Source: Mobula hypostoma (taxonomy: Eukaryota). Taken from it: DNA of 64,000 nt. The notes beneath the pieces are model-generated. The model was given only the letters and a program-made list of their open reading frames with translations. It made no database searches and had not been told where the DNA came from. The stretch lies in the NCBI RefSeq assembly GCF_963921235.1, contig NW_026948183.1, positions 186,001 to 250,000 of the forward strand, read 5' to 3'. A program made the position numbers and the translations under genes. Shown in pieces: positions 37,638 to 51,109 of the stretch. Positions within the stretch are counted from its first letter, which is position 1; every line of letters begins with the position of its first letter.

Positions 37638-39266
37638 ATGGCTCACCAGCGAGTTCACACCGGGGAGCGGCCGTTTATTTGCTCGGACTGTGGGAAGGGA
37701 TTCACTTGCTCATCTAAACTAAAGGTACATCAGAGACTTCACACTGGGGAGTGGCCGTTCACCTGCTCAGACTGTGGGAAGGGATTCACTGAGTCATTTC
37801 CCCTCAAAAGGCACCAGTCAGTTCACACCGGGGAGCCGCCATTTACCTGCTCAGACTGTGGGAAGGGATTCACTGAGTCATTTCACCTCAGAAGGCACCA
37901 GTCAGTTCACACTGGGGAGAGGCCATTCACCAGCTCGGACTGTGGGAAGGGATTCACTGAGTCATTTCACCTCAGAAGACACCAATCAGTTCAAACTGGG
38001 AAGAGGCCATTCACCTGCTCAGACTGTGGGAAGGGATTCACCGTATCAGCTCACCTACTGATTCACCAGTCAGTTCACACTGCAGTGAGGGATTTCACCT
38101 GCTCAGTCTGTGATAAGACATTCACTCAGTCATCCAACCTGCAGAGACACCAGCGAGTTCACACCGGGGAGCGGCCGTTTATTTGCTCGGACTGTGGGAA
38201 GGGATTCACTTGCTCATCTAAACTAAAGGTACATCAGAGACTTCACACTGGGGAGTGGCCGTTCACCTGCTCAGACTGTGGGAAGGGATTCACTGAGTCA
38301 TTTCCCCTCAAAAGGCACCAGTCAGTTCACACCAGGGAGCGGCCATTTACCTGCTCAGACTGTGGGAAGGGATTCACTGAGTCATTTCACCTCAGAAGGC
38401 ACCAGTCAGTTCACACTGGGGAGAGGCCATTCACCAGCTCGGACTGTGGGAAGGGATTCACTGAGTCATTTCACCTCAGAAGACACCAATCAGTTCAAAC
38501 TGGGAAGAGGCCATTCACCTGCTCAGACTGTGGGAAGGGATTCACCGTATCAGCTCACCTACTGATTCACCAGTCAGTTCACACTGCAGTGAGGGATTTC
38601 ACCTGCTCAGTCTGTGATAAGACATTCACTCAGTCATCCAACCTGCAGAGACACCAGCGAGTTCACACCGGGGAGAAGCCGTTCACCTGCTCATACTGTG
38701 GAAAGGGATTCACTCGGTCATCCCACCTGCAGAGTCACCAGCGAGTTCACACTGGGGAGTGGCCGTTCACCTGCTCAGACTGTGGGAAGGGATTCACTCA
38801 GGCATCTCACCTACGGAGACACCAGTCAGTTCACACTGGGGAGAGGCCGTTCACCTGCTCAGTCTGTGGGAAGACATTCACTCAGTCATCCAACCTACAG
38901 ACACACCAGCGAATTCACACTGGGGAGAAGCCTTTCACCTGCTCAGACTGTGGGAAGGGATTCACACAGTTAGCTAGCTTACAAGCACACCAGTCAGTTC
39001 ACACTGGGAAGAGGCCGTTCACCTGCTCAGACTGTGGGAAGGGATTCACCACATCGTCTCACCTACTGAGTCACCAGTCAGTTCACACTGGGGAGAAGCC
39101 ATTCACCTGCCCAGACTGTGGGAAGAGATTCTCTCAGTCATCTCACCTACATACACACCAGCGAGTTCACACTGGGGAGAAGCTGTTCACCTGCTCACAC
39201 TGTGGAAAGGGATTCACTCGATCATCCACCCTACAGAGTCACCAGCGAGTTCACACTGCAGAGTGA
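37638..39266 (+). CDS. C2H2 zinc-finger protein (542 aa): 19 fingers, 2 degenerate; no effector domain
   Basis: Tandem 28-aa C2H2 repeats. Fingers 1-6 are duplicated as 7-12. Decayed fingers continue past the stop to about 39690. Confidence 0.9.
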   Translation: MAHQRVHTGERPFICSDCGKGFTCSSKLKVHQRLHTGEWPFTCSDCGKGFTESFPLKRHQSVHTGEPPFTCSDCGKGFTESFHLRRHQSVHTGERPFTSSDCGKGFTESFHLRRHQSVQTGKRPFTCSDCGKGFTVSAHLLIHQSVHTAVRDFTCSVCDKTFTQSSNLQRHQRVHTGERPFICSDCGKGFTCSSKLKVHQRLHTGEWPFTCSDCGKGFTESFPLKRHQSVHTRERPFTCSDCGKGFTESFHLRRHQSVHTGERPFTSSDCGKGFTESFHLRRHQSVQTGKRPFTCSDCGKGFTVSAHLLIHQSVHTAVRDFTCSVCDKTFTQSSNLQRHQRVHTGEKPFTCSYCGKGFTRSSHLQSHQRVHTGEWPFTCSDCGKGFTQASHLRRHQSVHTGERPFTCSVCGKTFTQSSNLQTHQRIHTGEKPFTCSDCGKGFTQLASLQAHQSVHTGKRPFTCSDCGKGFTTSSHLLSHQSVHTGEKPFTCPDCGKRFSQSSHLHTHQRVHTGEKLFTCSHCGKGFTRSSTLQSHQRVHTAE

Positions 39267-39891
39267 CTGTTCAGCTGCTCAGACTGTGGGAAGGGATCCA
39301 CTCAGGCATCTCACTTACCGAGACACCAGTCAGTTCACTCTGGGGAGTGGCCATTCACCTGCTCAGACTGTGGGAAGGGATTCAGTCAGTCATCTGATCT
39401 GTTGGCACACCAGCGAGTTCACACTGGGGAGAGGCCTTTCACCTGCTGTGAATGTGGGAAGGCATTAACATGATCATCTCATCTACCAAAACACCAGCGA
39501 GTTCACACTGGTTAGAGGCTGATCACCTGCTCAGACTTTGGGAAGAGATTCTCTCAGCCATCTCCACCAAATATGCATCATTGAGTTCACACTGGGGAGA
39601 GGGCCGTTCACCTGTTGTGAACGGGGAAGGGATTCACTCAGTAATCTAACCTTGTGACACACTACCAGGTTCACACTGGGGAGAAAGTTTCAATAAGCTG
39701 CATGCTGGATATTTGTCTATCACCATTGCTGAATGCAATTTTGAGAGAGACTGTCGGTGCTGAACTCTGCAATTATTGCTGCTGCTCACCACTCCCAGTT
39801 CTGCACCCTGGTCACTGGGCATGGGAGGAGTTTCTTCTGCTGCATATTCACCTTTAATGGGACTGGAGTTTAATATTCTGGATCTGAGACA

Positions 39892-39897
39892 AATAAA
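39892..39897 (+). terminator. Candidate polyadenylation signal of ZF gene 2
   Basis: First AATAAA seen downstream of the ZF array, followed by T-rich sequence. Confidence 0.5.
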
Positions 39898-41005
39898 TCA
39901 GTTCTATTTTGAACTCTGTCTTCAGTACTTAGTGAATTTATAACACACCTAGTGTACAGTAGAGAGTCAACTGAGGCCAGCTGGACACTGCCAGTGATTG
40001 TAATCCACAACAGTCCTTTAAAATCCTCCACTGTTTTTCTCCTTTCACTCTCCCTGTGGGATGGGTTCCAGTCACCACTCTTGGGTGAAGACGCTTCCTT
40101 TGAATTTTCTGCAGACTGAAGAAGTTGAGCTGACTGCACTTCTGTCTGAGATGTTCTTTGCCTCTCAACTCTCTGGGCTGAGGAAGAATGACATTGGTAG
40201 TTAACCTCCTTATTCAGGTCTTATTTCCACATTATCGGTCATTTTCCCTGCTTCTAAAGGGTTGTTGAAAACACCACTGTCCTCTAAAGACTGAAAGCAG
40301 AATGGGAAACCATTAGTTAGATGTTCAATGGAGCAGGGTCAGAAACCAGAGGCGGGTCTGCACAGGGCAGAGTTTGGGGCTCTGGACGATGGTCGGGGTA
40401 AGAACGTATGATGAGGAGAAGGGAATCAGCAGTGGGGTATGGCAACGAATGACAGAGTAGCAACACTTGGAGGCTAATTGGCAGAGAAAATAGTTTGTTT
40501 GTCTGACTGACGACACAAACAATATCTGGTGTGAGATGCTCCACTGGTCGAGGAACATGTGTGTGTTGGGAATGGTTACATCTATTGAGGGAGTTGTTCC
40601 TGCCTGTTTATCCCATAATATTATATCCGGATGGTTATTTAAGATTACCCTCTGTGTAATAATGTATTGGTTATCATATAAATTGTGAGATTCTGTCCCG
40701 ATCTGGATCAGGCTTTATGGTGCTCTGATGAAGTCATTCCTAAGTTTGTATTTTAAAGCAAGATTTTGGTGAATGATATTTGCCACTTGATTGTAGCTGC
40801 ATAGGTAATCAGATTGAGTTAAACTGCTGCAGGATCCTGGAATGAGTTTGATTGTGTCTGGTTTCTCTTGGCAGTTTCTGCATGGATTGCTTGTTTGTTT
40901 GTATTGTACGTATTTTTATTTTTTTTTTTGTAAACCACCTTGTCCTGTACTTCTGCAAGGAATCCCTCTGTATCTGGGAAGAAGCTCCAACTCTCAGTTT
41001 AGATA

Positions 41006-42562
41006 CAGGTTTCCCCCGCCATCCGAAGGTAGAGTGTTCCTATGAAACGGTTCGTAAGCCGAAATGTCGTAAATCGAAGAAGGAATTAACATTTATTTAT
41101 TAATATGGGAAAAATTTGTGAGCGTTCGCAGACCCAAAAATAACCTACCAAATTATGCCAAACAACATATAAAACCTAAAATAACAGTAACACCTAGTAA
41201 AAGCAGGAATGATATGATAAATACACAGCCTATATAAAGTAGAAATACTTTTCCACAATCATTACAGAACTGTTCTCCGTAGCGAAAATCTCACGCAAGC
41301 GCCGTCGGCAGAAAATCTCACGCAAACGCTGTTGGCAAAAACACGCGCAAGCGCTCTCCAGTAACCTTTAAGCTATGAAGCTGCCAAATCCTACCAAATA
41401 ACACTTAAAAATACACAGCCGATGTAAAGTAGAAATAATGTATGTACAGTGTAGTATCACTTACTGGAATTGGGAAGACAGTGCAGAGCACACAGATGAT
41501 GGTGTGTTAGACTGAATCGATGCAGGTTGGCTGGTGTCGTGGCCCCCACCCTCCAGGCCGTCAACCCGATACATTGCCGCGAAGAACGCAGCGGTCCAGC
41601 GGTAGCCGGGAGGCATCCAGCACATCTTAAAAAAAAAAGCCAAAACAAACATGCTAATTAATTAGGTGCCACCCGTTATTGTCGGCCCAGAAGAGTGCCG
41701 ATTTCCGATTGCGTCGTCTCTGATCTGGGCTGACAATTACGTGTCGGCACCCAATTAATTAGCATTTTTATTTTGGCTTTTTTCTTGTGCTGTGTGCCTC
41801 CCGGCTGGCTTTGCATTCTCCGCGAATCGGTATCTGTCCATGGCCTAGGGCTTGGGGTGGTGGGACACTGGGGTGTCATCTCGTCACCTGTTTCCATTAG
41901 AGCAGGCAGCTCTTTACCTTCTATCTCTGCCCGCCTCGATGTCGAAGGTCGAGGTTCATCGTCTGCTGTGGCTGATGTGGAAGGCTTGCTTGACTGCTGA
42001 GCCTCGCGCATTTTTCTATCACACAGTTCTTTAATAAGGACTCAAACCGTCCTGCAAATATCCCCTAATCCAACGTACCCTTTCAAAATTAAAGTCGTAA
42101 TTTATCATTACTTATTCGGTTTCGATTGTTATCCTTTTTTCTTCCAATTGCATCAGCTCTTCATCTGTCAGTTCTTGGTGATAGGATTCCAAAACCTCTT
42201 CAACATCATGTTCGTCAGCTGTGGAAGCCAAACTCACATTGTCCTTACTTCGTTCAGCACGATCAAAACGCTTAGTTATGTCTATTTTTACCGTAAGTGT
42301 AACACCCTAATGAGCTCTTTCAGGCTTTTCCGATACCATAGAACTCATCTTGCAAACGGCTGCTCACAGGCACGTGTTAAAGCAAAGCATTTCCGAATCC
42401 GGGGGAGAGCGGCTGCTCGGGACGCGCTGATTTTTTATCGCGCGTTGAATCTTTTTTTTGTAACAGTGAAAACACCTTCTGAAAGTGAAAACGGTACTAA
42501 TGTAGGTCTTTCGTAACAGTGAGGTTTCGTAAAGCGAACGTTCGAAAAGTGGGGGACACCTG
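41006..42562 (-). mobile_element. Tigger/pogo-like DNA transposon, internally deleted, copy 2
   Basis: TA|CAGGTTTCCCCC ... GGGGGACACCTG|TA; transposase remnant DVEEVLESYHQELTDEELMQLE. Confidence 0.88.
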
Positions 42563-42789
42563 TACTCGATACTTCCTTGCCAATATCTAGTCTGCTCAGA
42601 TCGTTGGGATGTCTCCCATGGAGGGTCAAAATCATTCCACTGGTTAATGTTTTCTTCCATGTTGATGATTTATTTTTCTGAGTTAGCCTCTCATTTAAGT
42701 TTTCTGGTCTGTATTTCTTATCACAATTGCATATACAGACATGGAGCGTTGAATCCTGTTCATTTCTGATGAAAATACATACTTAGGAG

Positions 42790-43485
42790 TGTAAGGGGTT
42801 TCTTCTTCATGTTAACTGCTACGGCTAATAAAATGGCTTCTCTGTAATATTAACTGCTGATGTAAGGGGTTCTCTAGCAGCATATTTGGGTTATAATCAT
42901 AGATAACTTGACTTTGGAGTGCCATTGCTAAGCAACAGAATAGATGTTATTCTTTCTTGTGTGTGAAAGCTATTGTGTTTTGTGGGCTTTGTTCAGAAGG
43001 CACGATGGGGACTGAGAGAGGAGACGCGACCCGCGAGATGCTGTAAACTGGGCGACTGAACAGACCCCGAGCAGGAGTTTCAGGCCCAGGGTCTTCGGCA
43101 AGGAGAGGAGACGAGGACAGACTCGTGAGGAGTATTTTGGTCGACCACCGAGGGTGGTCCCATTCGAGGGTCGGCGGAGTTCGGAGGACATCGACTGGAG
43201 GAAAGGATACCTGATTCGTGACCTCCAACGAATTATTTCTGCACACAACTGATGGAGTTACTGACTTGGCGCCTTGATTGTCTTTGTTCCTACTGACCCA
43301 TCACCAAGAAGTACTCACGAAGTGTAATCATTTAATCGCATATGGTGAACTGTCTGTTATTTGGCGGTGTGGGGAACATCACACAGCATCCACACAAACT
43401 CGATTACCCAGTTTGGCAGAGCCGGAGACTGCTCCCCCGAGACGAAACCGAGCTGAGCGAGCCTGAGGCTTACCAGAAGGCTACA
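42790..43485. mobile_element. Probable solo LTR
   Basis: TGTA...TACA termini flanked by ggag / gaag (4-bp TSD with one mismatch); CpG-richer than its flanks. Confidence 0.65.
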
Positions 43486-43732
43486 GAAGTTTTATCTGAC
43501 TGTTGTGTGTTTTTTTTTTCCATGTGTGTTATTTCTCTTCCTCCTCCTGTCCATGGTAGTGCTAATCTTAAGTGGGTCTGAGTGTAAATAGACTTTTTCT
43601 AAAGTTGTCATTTCAGTTCTTATTTATCTTTATAAATTTTACTGATTGAAATGGGACTAAGATATTTTCATTAAAAAAGTCAATGTCGGAAATGATGAAA
43701 ATATTTTTTTCCTTTGTTGTATTTGTTAACTA

Positions 43733-45890
43733 TTGAGCTCTGTTTGGCAGGTTTTGCAATGGCAAGCATTTAAAGGTTGCATGGATGAACTACAATTGTT
43801 CATCCCAGTTTGGCAAAAGAATAAATCAAGGAAGGTAGTGCACCCGTGGCTGACAAGAGAAATTAGGGATAGTATCAATTCCAAAGAAGAAGCATACAAA
43901 TTAGCCAGAGAAAGTGGCTCACCTGAGGACTGGGAGAAATTCAGAGTTCAGCAGAGGAGGACAAAGGGCTTAATTAGGAAGGGGAAAAAAGATTATGAGA
44001 GAAAACTGGCAGGGAACATAAAAACGGACTGGAAAAGCTTTTATAGATATGTGAAAAGGAAAAGACTGGTAAAGGCAAATGTAGGTCCCCTACAGACAGA
44101 AACAGGTGAATTGATTATGGGGAGCAAGGACATGGCAGACCAATTGAATAATTACTTTGGTTCTGTCTTCACTAAGGAGGACATAAATAATCTTCCAGAA
44201 ATAGTAAGGGACAGAGGGTCCAGTGAGATGGAGGAACTGAGCGAAATACATGTTAGTAGGGAAGTGGTGTTAGGTAAATTGAAGGGATTGAATGCAGATA
44301 AATCCCCAGGGCCAGATGGTCTGCATCCTAGAGTGCTTAAGGAAGTAGCCCAAGAAATAGTGGATGCATTAGTGATAATTTTTCAAAACTCGTTAGATTC
44401 TGGACTAGTTCCTGAGGATTGGAGGGTGGCTAATGTAATCCCACTTTTTGAAAAAGGAGGGAGAGAGAAACCGGGGAATTATAGACCGGTTAGCCTAACG
44501 TCGGTGGTGGGGAAACTGCTGGAGTCAGTTATCAAGGATGTGATAACAGCACATTTGGAAAGCGGTGAAATGATCGGACAAAGTCAGCATGGATTTGTGA
44601 AAGGAAAATCATGTCTGACGAATCTCATAGAATTTTTTGAGGATGTAACTAGTAGAGTGGATAGGGGAGAACCAGTGGATGTGGTATATTTGGATTTTCA
44701 AAAGGCTTTTGACAAGGTCCCACACAGGAGATTAGTGTGCAAACTTAAAGCACACGGTATTGGGGGTAAGGTATTGGTGTGGGTGGAGAATTGGTTAGCA
44801 GACAGGAAGCAAAGAGTGGGAATAAACGGGACCTTTTCAGAATGGCAGGCGGTGACTAGTGGGGTACCGCAAGGCTCAGTGCTGGGACCCCAGTTGTTTA
44901 CAACATATATTAATGACTTGGTTGAGGGAATTAAATGCAGCATCTCCAAGTTTGTGGATGACACAAAGCTGGGTGGCAGTGTTAGCAGTGAGGAGGATGC
45001 TAAGAGGATGCAGGGTGACTTGGATAGGTTGGGTGAGTGGGCAAATTCATGGCAGCTGCAATTTAATGTGGATAAATGTAAAGTTATCCACTTTGGTGGC
45101 AAAAATAGGAAAACAGATTATTATCTGAATGGTGGCCGATTAGGAAAAGGGGAGGTGCAACGAGACCTGGGTGTCATTATACACCAGTCATTGAAAGTGG
45201 GCATGCAGGTACAGCAGGCGGTGAAAAAGGCGAATGGTATGTTGGCATTTATAGCGAGAGGATTCGAGTACAGGAGCAGGGAGGTACTACTGCAGTTGTA
45301 CAAGGCCTTGGTGAGACCACACCTGGAGTATTGTGTGCAGTTTTGGTCCCCTAATCTGAGGAAAGACATCTTTGCCATAGAGGGAGTACAAAGAAGGTTC
45401 ACCAGATTGATTCCTGGGACGGCAGGACTTTCATATGAAGAAGGACTGGGTGAACTGGGCTTGTACTCGTTGGAATTTAGAAGATTGAGGGGGGATCTGA
45501 TTGAAACGTATAAGATCCTAAAGGGATTGGACAGGCTAGATGCAGGAAGATTGTTCCCGATGTTGGGAAAGTCCAGAACGAGGGGTCACAGTTTGAGGAT
45601 AGAGGGGAAGCCTTTTAGGACTGAGATTAGGAAAAACTTCTTCACACAGAGAGTGGTGAATGTGTGGAATTCTCTGCCACAGGAAACTATTGAGGCCAGT
45701 TCATTGGCTATGTTTAAGAGGGAGTTAGATATGGCCCTTGTGGCTACCGGGGTCAGGGGGTATGGAGGGAAGGCTGGGGCGGGGTTCTGAGTTGGATGAT
45801 CAGCCATGATCATAATAAATGGCGGTGCAGACTCGAAGGGCCGAATGGCCTACTCCTGCACCTATTTTCTATGTTTCTATGTTTCTCTGT
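43733..45890 (+). mobile_element. Young 5'-truncated CR1 LINE with an open 685-aa ORF2 (complete RT domain, no endonuclease)
   Basis: [39 protein letters not shown] and KFVDDTKL motifs; stop at 45790; (ttctatgt) tail. Confidence 0.96.
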
Positions 45891-45988
45891 TTTTAAAGCC
45901 TTGAACTAAATTTTGTCAAAGTTTTCCCTATTTTGCACTACGTTCTATTGTCTTTTCTTGTTGATATTCCAGATACGTGGGTATCAAG

Positions 45989-46024
45989 AGTCCTGATGAT
46001 GGGTCTTGGCCAGAAATGTTGATT
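45989..46024 (+). ncRNA. Second minimal hammerhead motif (CpG-decayed) in a Penelope-type remnant extending to about 46100
   Basis: AGTC-CTGATGA-TGG(GTCTTGG)CCA-GAAA-TGTT-GATT. Confidence 0.55.
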
Positions 46025-46774
46025 CCCATCCATAGATGCTGCCTCCTGCAGCACTTTTTATGTAGTTTTCTAGATTTCTAGCATCTGCAGGTCCTCTTGT
46101 TTCCCAGATACTTATATGTTTCTTCAAAGAACAAGCCAAGAACAAGCTGGTAGTGGGATTGTGTGGCTCTGTTGGTAAAAAAATTAAATAAAATCATTAG
46201 AAAGAGGTGACATAGGGTTGGAATGTGTAGAATCTGTGGGTAGAATTAAGGAAGAGCAAATGTAAAAAAAAAATCCCTGATGGGAATTGTCTGGAGACCT
46301 CCAAACAGCAGTATGTATCTGGTCCACAAATTACAATGGGAGAGAGAAAATGCTTGCCAAAAGGGCAATGTTACAATAGTCATGGAGGATTGTCATGCAG
46401 CTGATTAGGAACATTAGGATGATGTTGCTTTCAAGAGGAGGAATTCCTGGAACGCCTACAAGATGCTTTTTTAGAGCAGCTCGTGGTTGAGCCCACTTGG
46501 GGATCAGCTATTCTGGATTGGGTGTTGTAATGAACTGGAATTAATTAGGTCACTGAAGTTCAAAGAACCCTTCGGGCCAAGTGATCTTAATATGCTCAAA
46601 TTCACTTTGACATTTGAGAAGGAGAAGCTAAAGTCAGATGTGGAATAAAAAGAATTAGAAAGGCATGAGAGAAAAATTAGTCAAAATTGATTTGCAAAGA
46701 ACATGGGCAAGGATGAAGACAGAGCAGCAATGGCTGGAATTTCTGGAAGCAATTCAGAAGGTACAAGATATATA

Positions 46775-47080
46775 CAGTGGCAGGCAAAAGTCTGGGCATC
46801 CCTGGTCAAAATTTCTGTTACTGTGAATAGCTAAGCGAGTAAAAGATGACCTGCTTTCCAAAAGGCATAAAGTTAAAGATGACACATTTCTTTAATAATT
46901 TAAGCAAGATTACAGTTTTATTTCTGTCTTTTACAGTTTAAAAATAACAAAAAAAGGAAAAGGGCCCGAAGCAAACGTTTGGGCACCCTGCATGTACTTA
47001 GTAACACCCCCTTTGGCAAGTATCATAGCTTGTAAATGCTTTTTGTAGCCAGCTAAGAGTCTTTCAATTCTTGTTTGGGT
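46775..47080 (-). mobile_element. Tc1-family transposon right end (IR/DR type)
   Basis: TA|CAGTGGCAGGCAAAAGTCTGGGCA terminus and an inner direct repeat caaacgtttgggcaccc. The minus strand encodes the Tc1 C-terminus LAKGGVTKY. Confidence 0.85.
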
Positions 47081-48908
47081 AAATTTCTGGGTTCAGTCAT
47101 TAGCAGCAAAGTACTGACTGTGGAAATTACAAATCAGAATATTATTGGAGTCACAGAGCCCAGCAACACTGAAACAGGCCCTTCGTCCCTTCTAGTGAAT
47201 GCTGACCTGTTTCTGTTTTTACTGCCCAGTTCCAACTACCTGCACCATAGCCTCCATACACCTCCCATCCATTGTCCTCACCCAAATTTCTCTTTAGTGT
47301 CTAAATCGAACCCACATCCACCACTTCCATTGGCAGCTCATTCCACACTCCCACCAACCTCTGAGTGAAAAATTCCCCTTCAGACTCCCCTGAAAGAATT
47401 CACTTTCACCCTGAACTTATGTCTAATGTGGGGGTGCGAGGGAAGATGGGGCAGAGAGGGAAGACAGTAAGGGTGGTCGAATGCAGAGAGGGAAACAGAA
47501 TGGAGTGTTAATACTTAATATCCTTCAGAAAAAGTAATTGTTTGAACTTACTTGCTGCAAACCTACTATCCACACCCCACACATTCTCAACCAAATTATT
47601 GATCTAGATGACAAGTAGAAATGTTCAAAGTAACTTTTATTATCAGAGTACATATATGTCACCACATAGAACCTTGAGATTCTTTTTCCTACAGGAACAC
47701 TCAACAAATCTATAGAATAGTAACAGGATCAATGAAAGATCAAGTAGAGCATAGAATTCAACAAACTGTGCAAATGCAAATATAATTAAATATCAATGAA
47801 TAATGAGCCCAATGGAATGTAACCCTGGGGAATCTCACTAGGCTGGGCCTTGAGTCCAATAAACAGCATCCCACCATCACTCTCTGCTTCCTACCATCAA
47901 GCCAACTGTGCATTCAGTCAGCCAGCTCTCCCTGGATCCCATGTGATCTGACTTTCCACAGCAACTGCCAGTGCTGAACCTTATCAAAGGCTTCACTGCT
48001 GCCCATATCAGCCACGATTCTGGGACAGAGGCATCACAGATCAGAGGGCATGGATTTAAACAGAGGATGAAGAGATTTTTCACTCAGATGGTAATTGAAA
48101 TCTGGAACACACTGCCCGAGATGATAGAGCCAGGTCCCTTTACAATATTTATGAAGTAGATGAGCATTGAAACTGCTGAGATACAGTCGGCAATGAACCA
48201 AGTGCTGATGAATGGGACCAGTGTAGACAGTGAGTGGATGGTCAGAACAGGTATGGCCGGCCAAAGGCCTGTTTCCGTGCTGTGTGATCCACCACTCCGG
48301 ACTTGCTAAATTAACGATGGTGGCACCACAAGGCATTGATTTCAAATCTCCACACCCCTCTCCAGCCTGAAATAAACCAGACTGCACCCATTTGTCACCA
48401 CTGTGAATATCTGTACTGTCAAGGTAACATGCAGATTGGTCACTTCTGCTAAACAACTGGCAACTGATGAAGTTCCTGTGTCTTCTTCCATTAATGTTGA
48501 ATCCTTATGGCAAAACTAACCCTCTCACTGTGTCAGAATCAGTGATTAAATCCGGCCCCAAGCACTGTGCTTTCATCCCTGCACATTGTAACTTGAACCA
48601 TCTCACTGAGGGTCTGATGGAGACACAGCCCCTGCCCTCTGCACATGTGATCACATCTCCCCTGCTTCTGACATTTCAAATACCCTCAGAATGGTTTTCT
48701 GATTCAGTCTGAAGGTTATGGTACATTCAGCTCGTCATCAGACCTGACAAACCATGTCTTCCCACAGCTGGTTCCACCTGTTGGTGTGTCCTCTTTCCTC
48801 CACCTCCTGGGAAGCTGCATCTCCATACAAACTCCTCACTTGTCTGTACCCGTGACACAGGAAATCACGTCACTGTCACTCTCCTGATACCGTGTCTGAC
48901 CTGCTCAC

Positions 48909-48951
48909 CTCTGGGTGTCCTCCCTCGACAAGCTTCTTCCTCAGTCACCAT
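48909..48951 (-). other. Candidate 43-nt exon of a leftward transcript
   Basis: Acceptor ttttttctaatttcacag| and donor GAG|GTGAGC; an upstream CpG-island donor GCG|GTGAGG lies near 49657. Confidence 0.5.
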
Positions 48952-49499
48952 CTGTGAAATTAGAAAAAAACATACAATTAAAACGAGCTATCAGACAGTT
49001 TCTGTATCCCTCCACCCCGGACCATGGTCCCTGGTTAAACCTCTCTCCCCTCAGCCCCTTCCTTTTCCCCTTTCCCTTTGCAGATTCCGGATATGCCACC
49101 AGATCAGAATCCACTGTAATATCTCACAAGATCGCTGACACCACACCCCTTCCCATTTGCCCTCGCAGCCCAAGACGGTAACTGCTGCCCCAGACTCTGG
49201 GACTCTGTAACAAACACAATCTTAACAGCAAGATTAGACAGTGATTAATATGAAGAGAGAATTGTTGCTTCCTGAAAGGACACGCGAGCAGAACTGTCTG
49301 ATCCTCTCTTGTTTACAGCTTAATTTTCTCCGTGTCCATCCTCCCGGGTAACGGAACGTCCAATCATCTCACTTTCTCTCACTTCCCCTCCACCCGCCTA
49401 CCACTCACCCCACACCCTCAATCCACCCTTAACCTCAACCAACACAAACAGATCCCCTTCACCCCAAACCCCCTCCCAGCTTGGGGATCCACAACTAAC

Positions 49500-49800
49500 T
49501 GATCTCACAGCTTTGCGCCCGAGACCGGGCTAAAACCAGGGCTGCGGGCCCGGAGAGCCCGGAGCTTCCAACCGTCCGGCAGAAATCGGTCCCGGGCCGC
49601 TTTCCCCTGCAACCGGCCTCCGATTTCCACAAACTCGGGATCAGACCCTTCCTCACCGCCGCTCGGACAGCCGGCAATAGTCGGTGCCGGCAGCGCGCCT
49701 GCGCGTCTCCGAGGGTCCAGCAGCGCCACCACTGGCCGGAGGCCGGAGGGACAACGCAGGGAGCTCGGCCGTCCGGCTTTCACTGGGGCAGCCCGAACTC
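49500..49800 (-). promoter_or_regulatory. CpG island with a leftward exon and donor (paralogs at about 21310-21420 and 57060-57330)
   Basis: High CpG, NRF1-like GCGCCTGCGC near 49696, and a GTGAGG donor present in all three paralogs. Confidence 0.55.
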
Positions 49801-49943
49801 CACATCAACTCCATCCAGCCGACTCCGAGTGAAAGTTAATGACCAACAAATATAATTCGCCTCAGCGATCAGCTGTCCGAATGATTCCCTGACTTTTAGA
49901 GGAAAGGGATATGTATGGCCCACATTGTCAGAGTGTTTAGTTT

Positions 49944-50590
49944 CATCATCATTCAGGTGCCTTGCCGTTCGGCGTGGGCGATCATGTCTCTCCAAACATC
50001 ACGGTCCCTGACCCTCCGAATTGTAGTTGCTGCCTCCCCTGTTTCTAACCATGATGTTAATCCACCTATCATTTTCATTCCCTGTCTGCCTCCGCTTCTT
50101 CTTCGTTCCAGCTTTCCAGCTTTACCTAAATGTTCTAATGTCTCTCTTCGCATGATGCGTCCAAAGAATTTTGATGGCTGTTTTCTGATTGTTTCAAGTA
50201 ATGTACGTTTTGTTTTCGTTCTCTGTCGAACTTCTCGTTGGTTATCCTGTCCGTATATGATATGCATAGCATTCTTCTGAGGAACCACATCTCTGCTGCA
50301 TTGATTCTTTCTTCCATTGCATTTGTGATGGTCCAGGACTCGCAGCCATACATCAATATAGGGAGAATGTAGCAGCTGACAGTTCTAAGGCGGATGTCAT
50401 TTGGTATTTTCCTGTTCGTTAGGATGTTTCTCATTTCTGTCAATGCTGATCTTGCCATTGCTATTCTTGCTTTTATGTCTGTTTCACATTTGCCATCAGA
50501 TGTTACCCATGATCCAAGGTATTTGAAGTTGTGAACTAGTTTCAGGATTTCGTTTCCCAATACGATTGGGATATCAGATTTCTTTGAATA
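49944..50590 (-). mobile_element. RTE-clade LINE 3' fragment
   Basis: FKYLGS.VT.DG.C..DIK.RIAMAR, YGCESWT, INAAEMWFLRRML and R..GRQ motifs; (atg)n tail. Confidence 0.88.
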
Positions 50591-50772
50591 GTTTAGTTTA
50601 CCAGGAGACAAAGAATAGAGGTCTTCTGTTGACACTGTGTAGACCCTACTGGCAATTCTCGTTCGCATTTTTTTTAAAAACATTGTATATGAAAATACTA
50701 AACAACAAAATACTACTCTGACTGAAGCCATTGAAAACCAGATCATCTGGTAAGTCCTCCCCTGAAACATTT

Positions 50773-50948
50773 CACAAACAAGAGAAAACCTGCAGATGCT
50801 GGAAATTCAGGGAACACACACAATGCTGGAGGAACTCAGCAGGCCGGGCAGCATCTTTGGACAAAGTACAGTGGGCGTTTCGGGCGGAGACCCTTCGGCG
50901 GGATGCTGCCGGACTGATGAGTTCCTCCAGCATTTTGTGTGTGTTGCC
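50773..50948. repeat. Palindromic Penelope-type terminal repeat remnant (others at about 27225-27365, 29350-29505 and 53550-53660)
   Basis: tgctggaggaactca ... tgagttcctccagca arms around a mutated hammerhead. Confidence 0.78.
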
Positions 50949-51109
50949 CAGAAACATTTGTAATTTTGCGACCCAACTCGAGTCAAACACCACGCTGCCC
51001 GCTCCATCAACAACACGGCACAGCGGAACACACAGCAGGGACTTTACATCACAACACTGGATTCAGTGATGAAACCCTAATTTAGTTTTGCTGTTCCAAG
51101 TCATACGAA

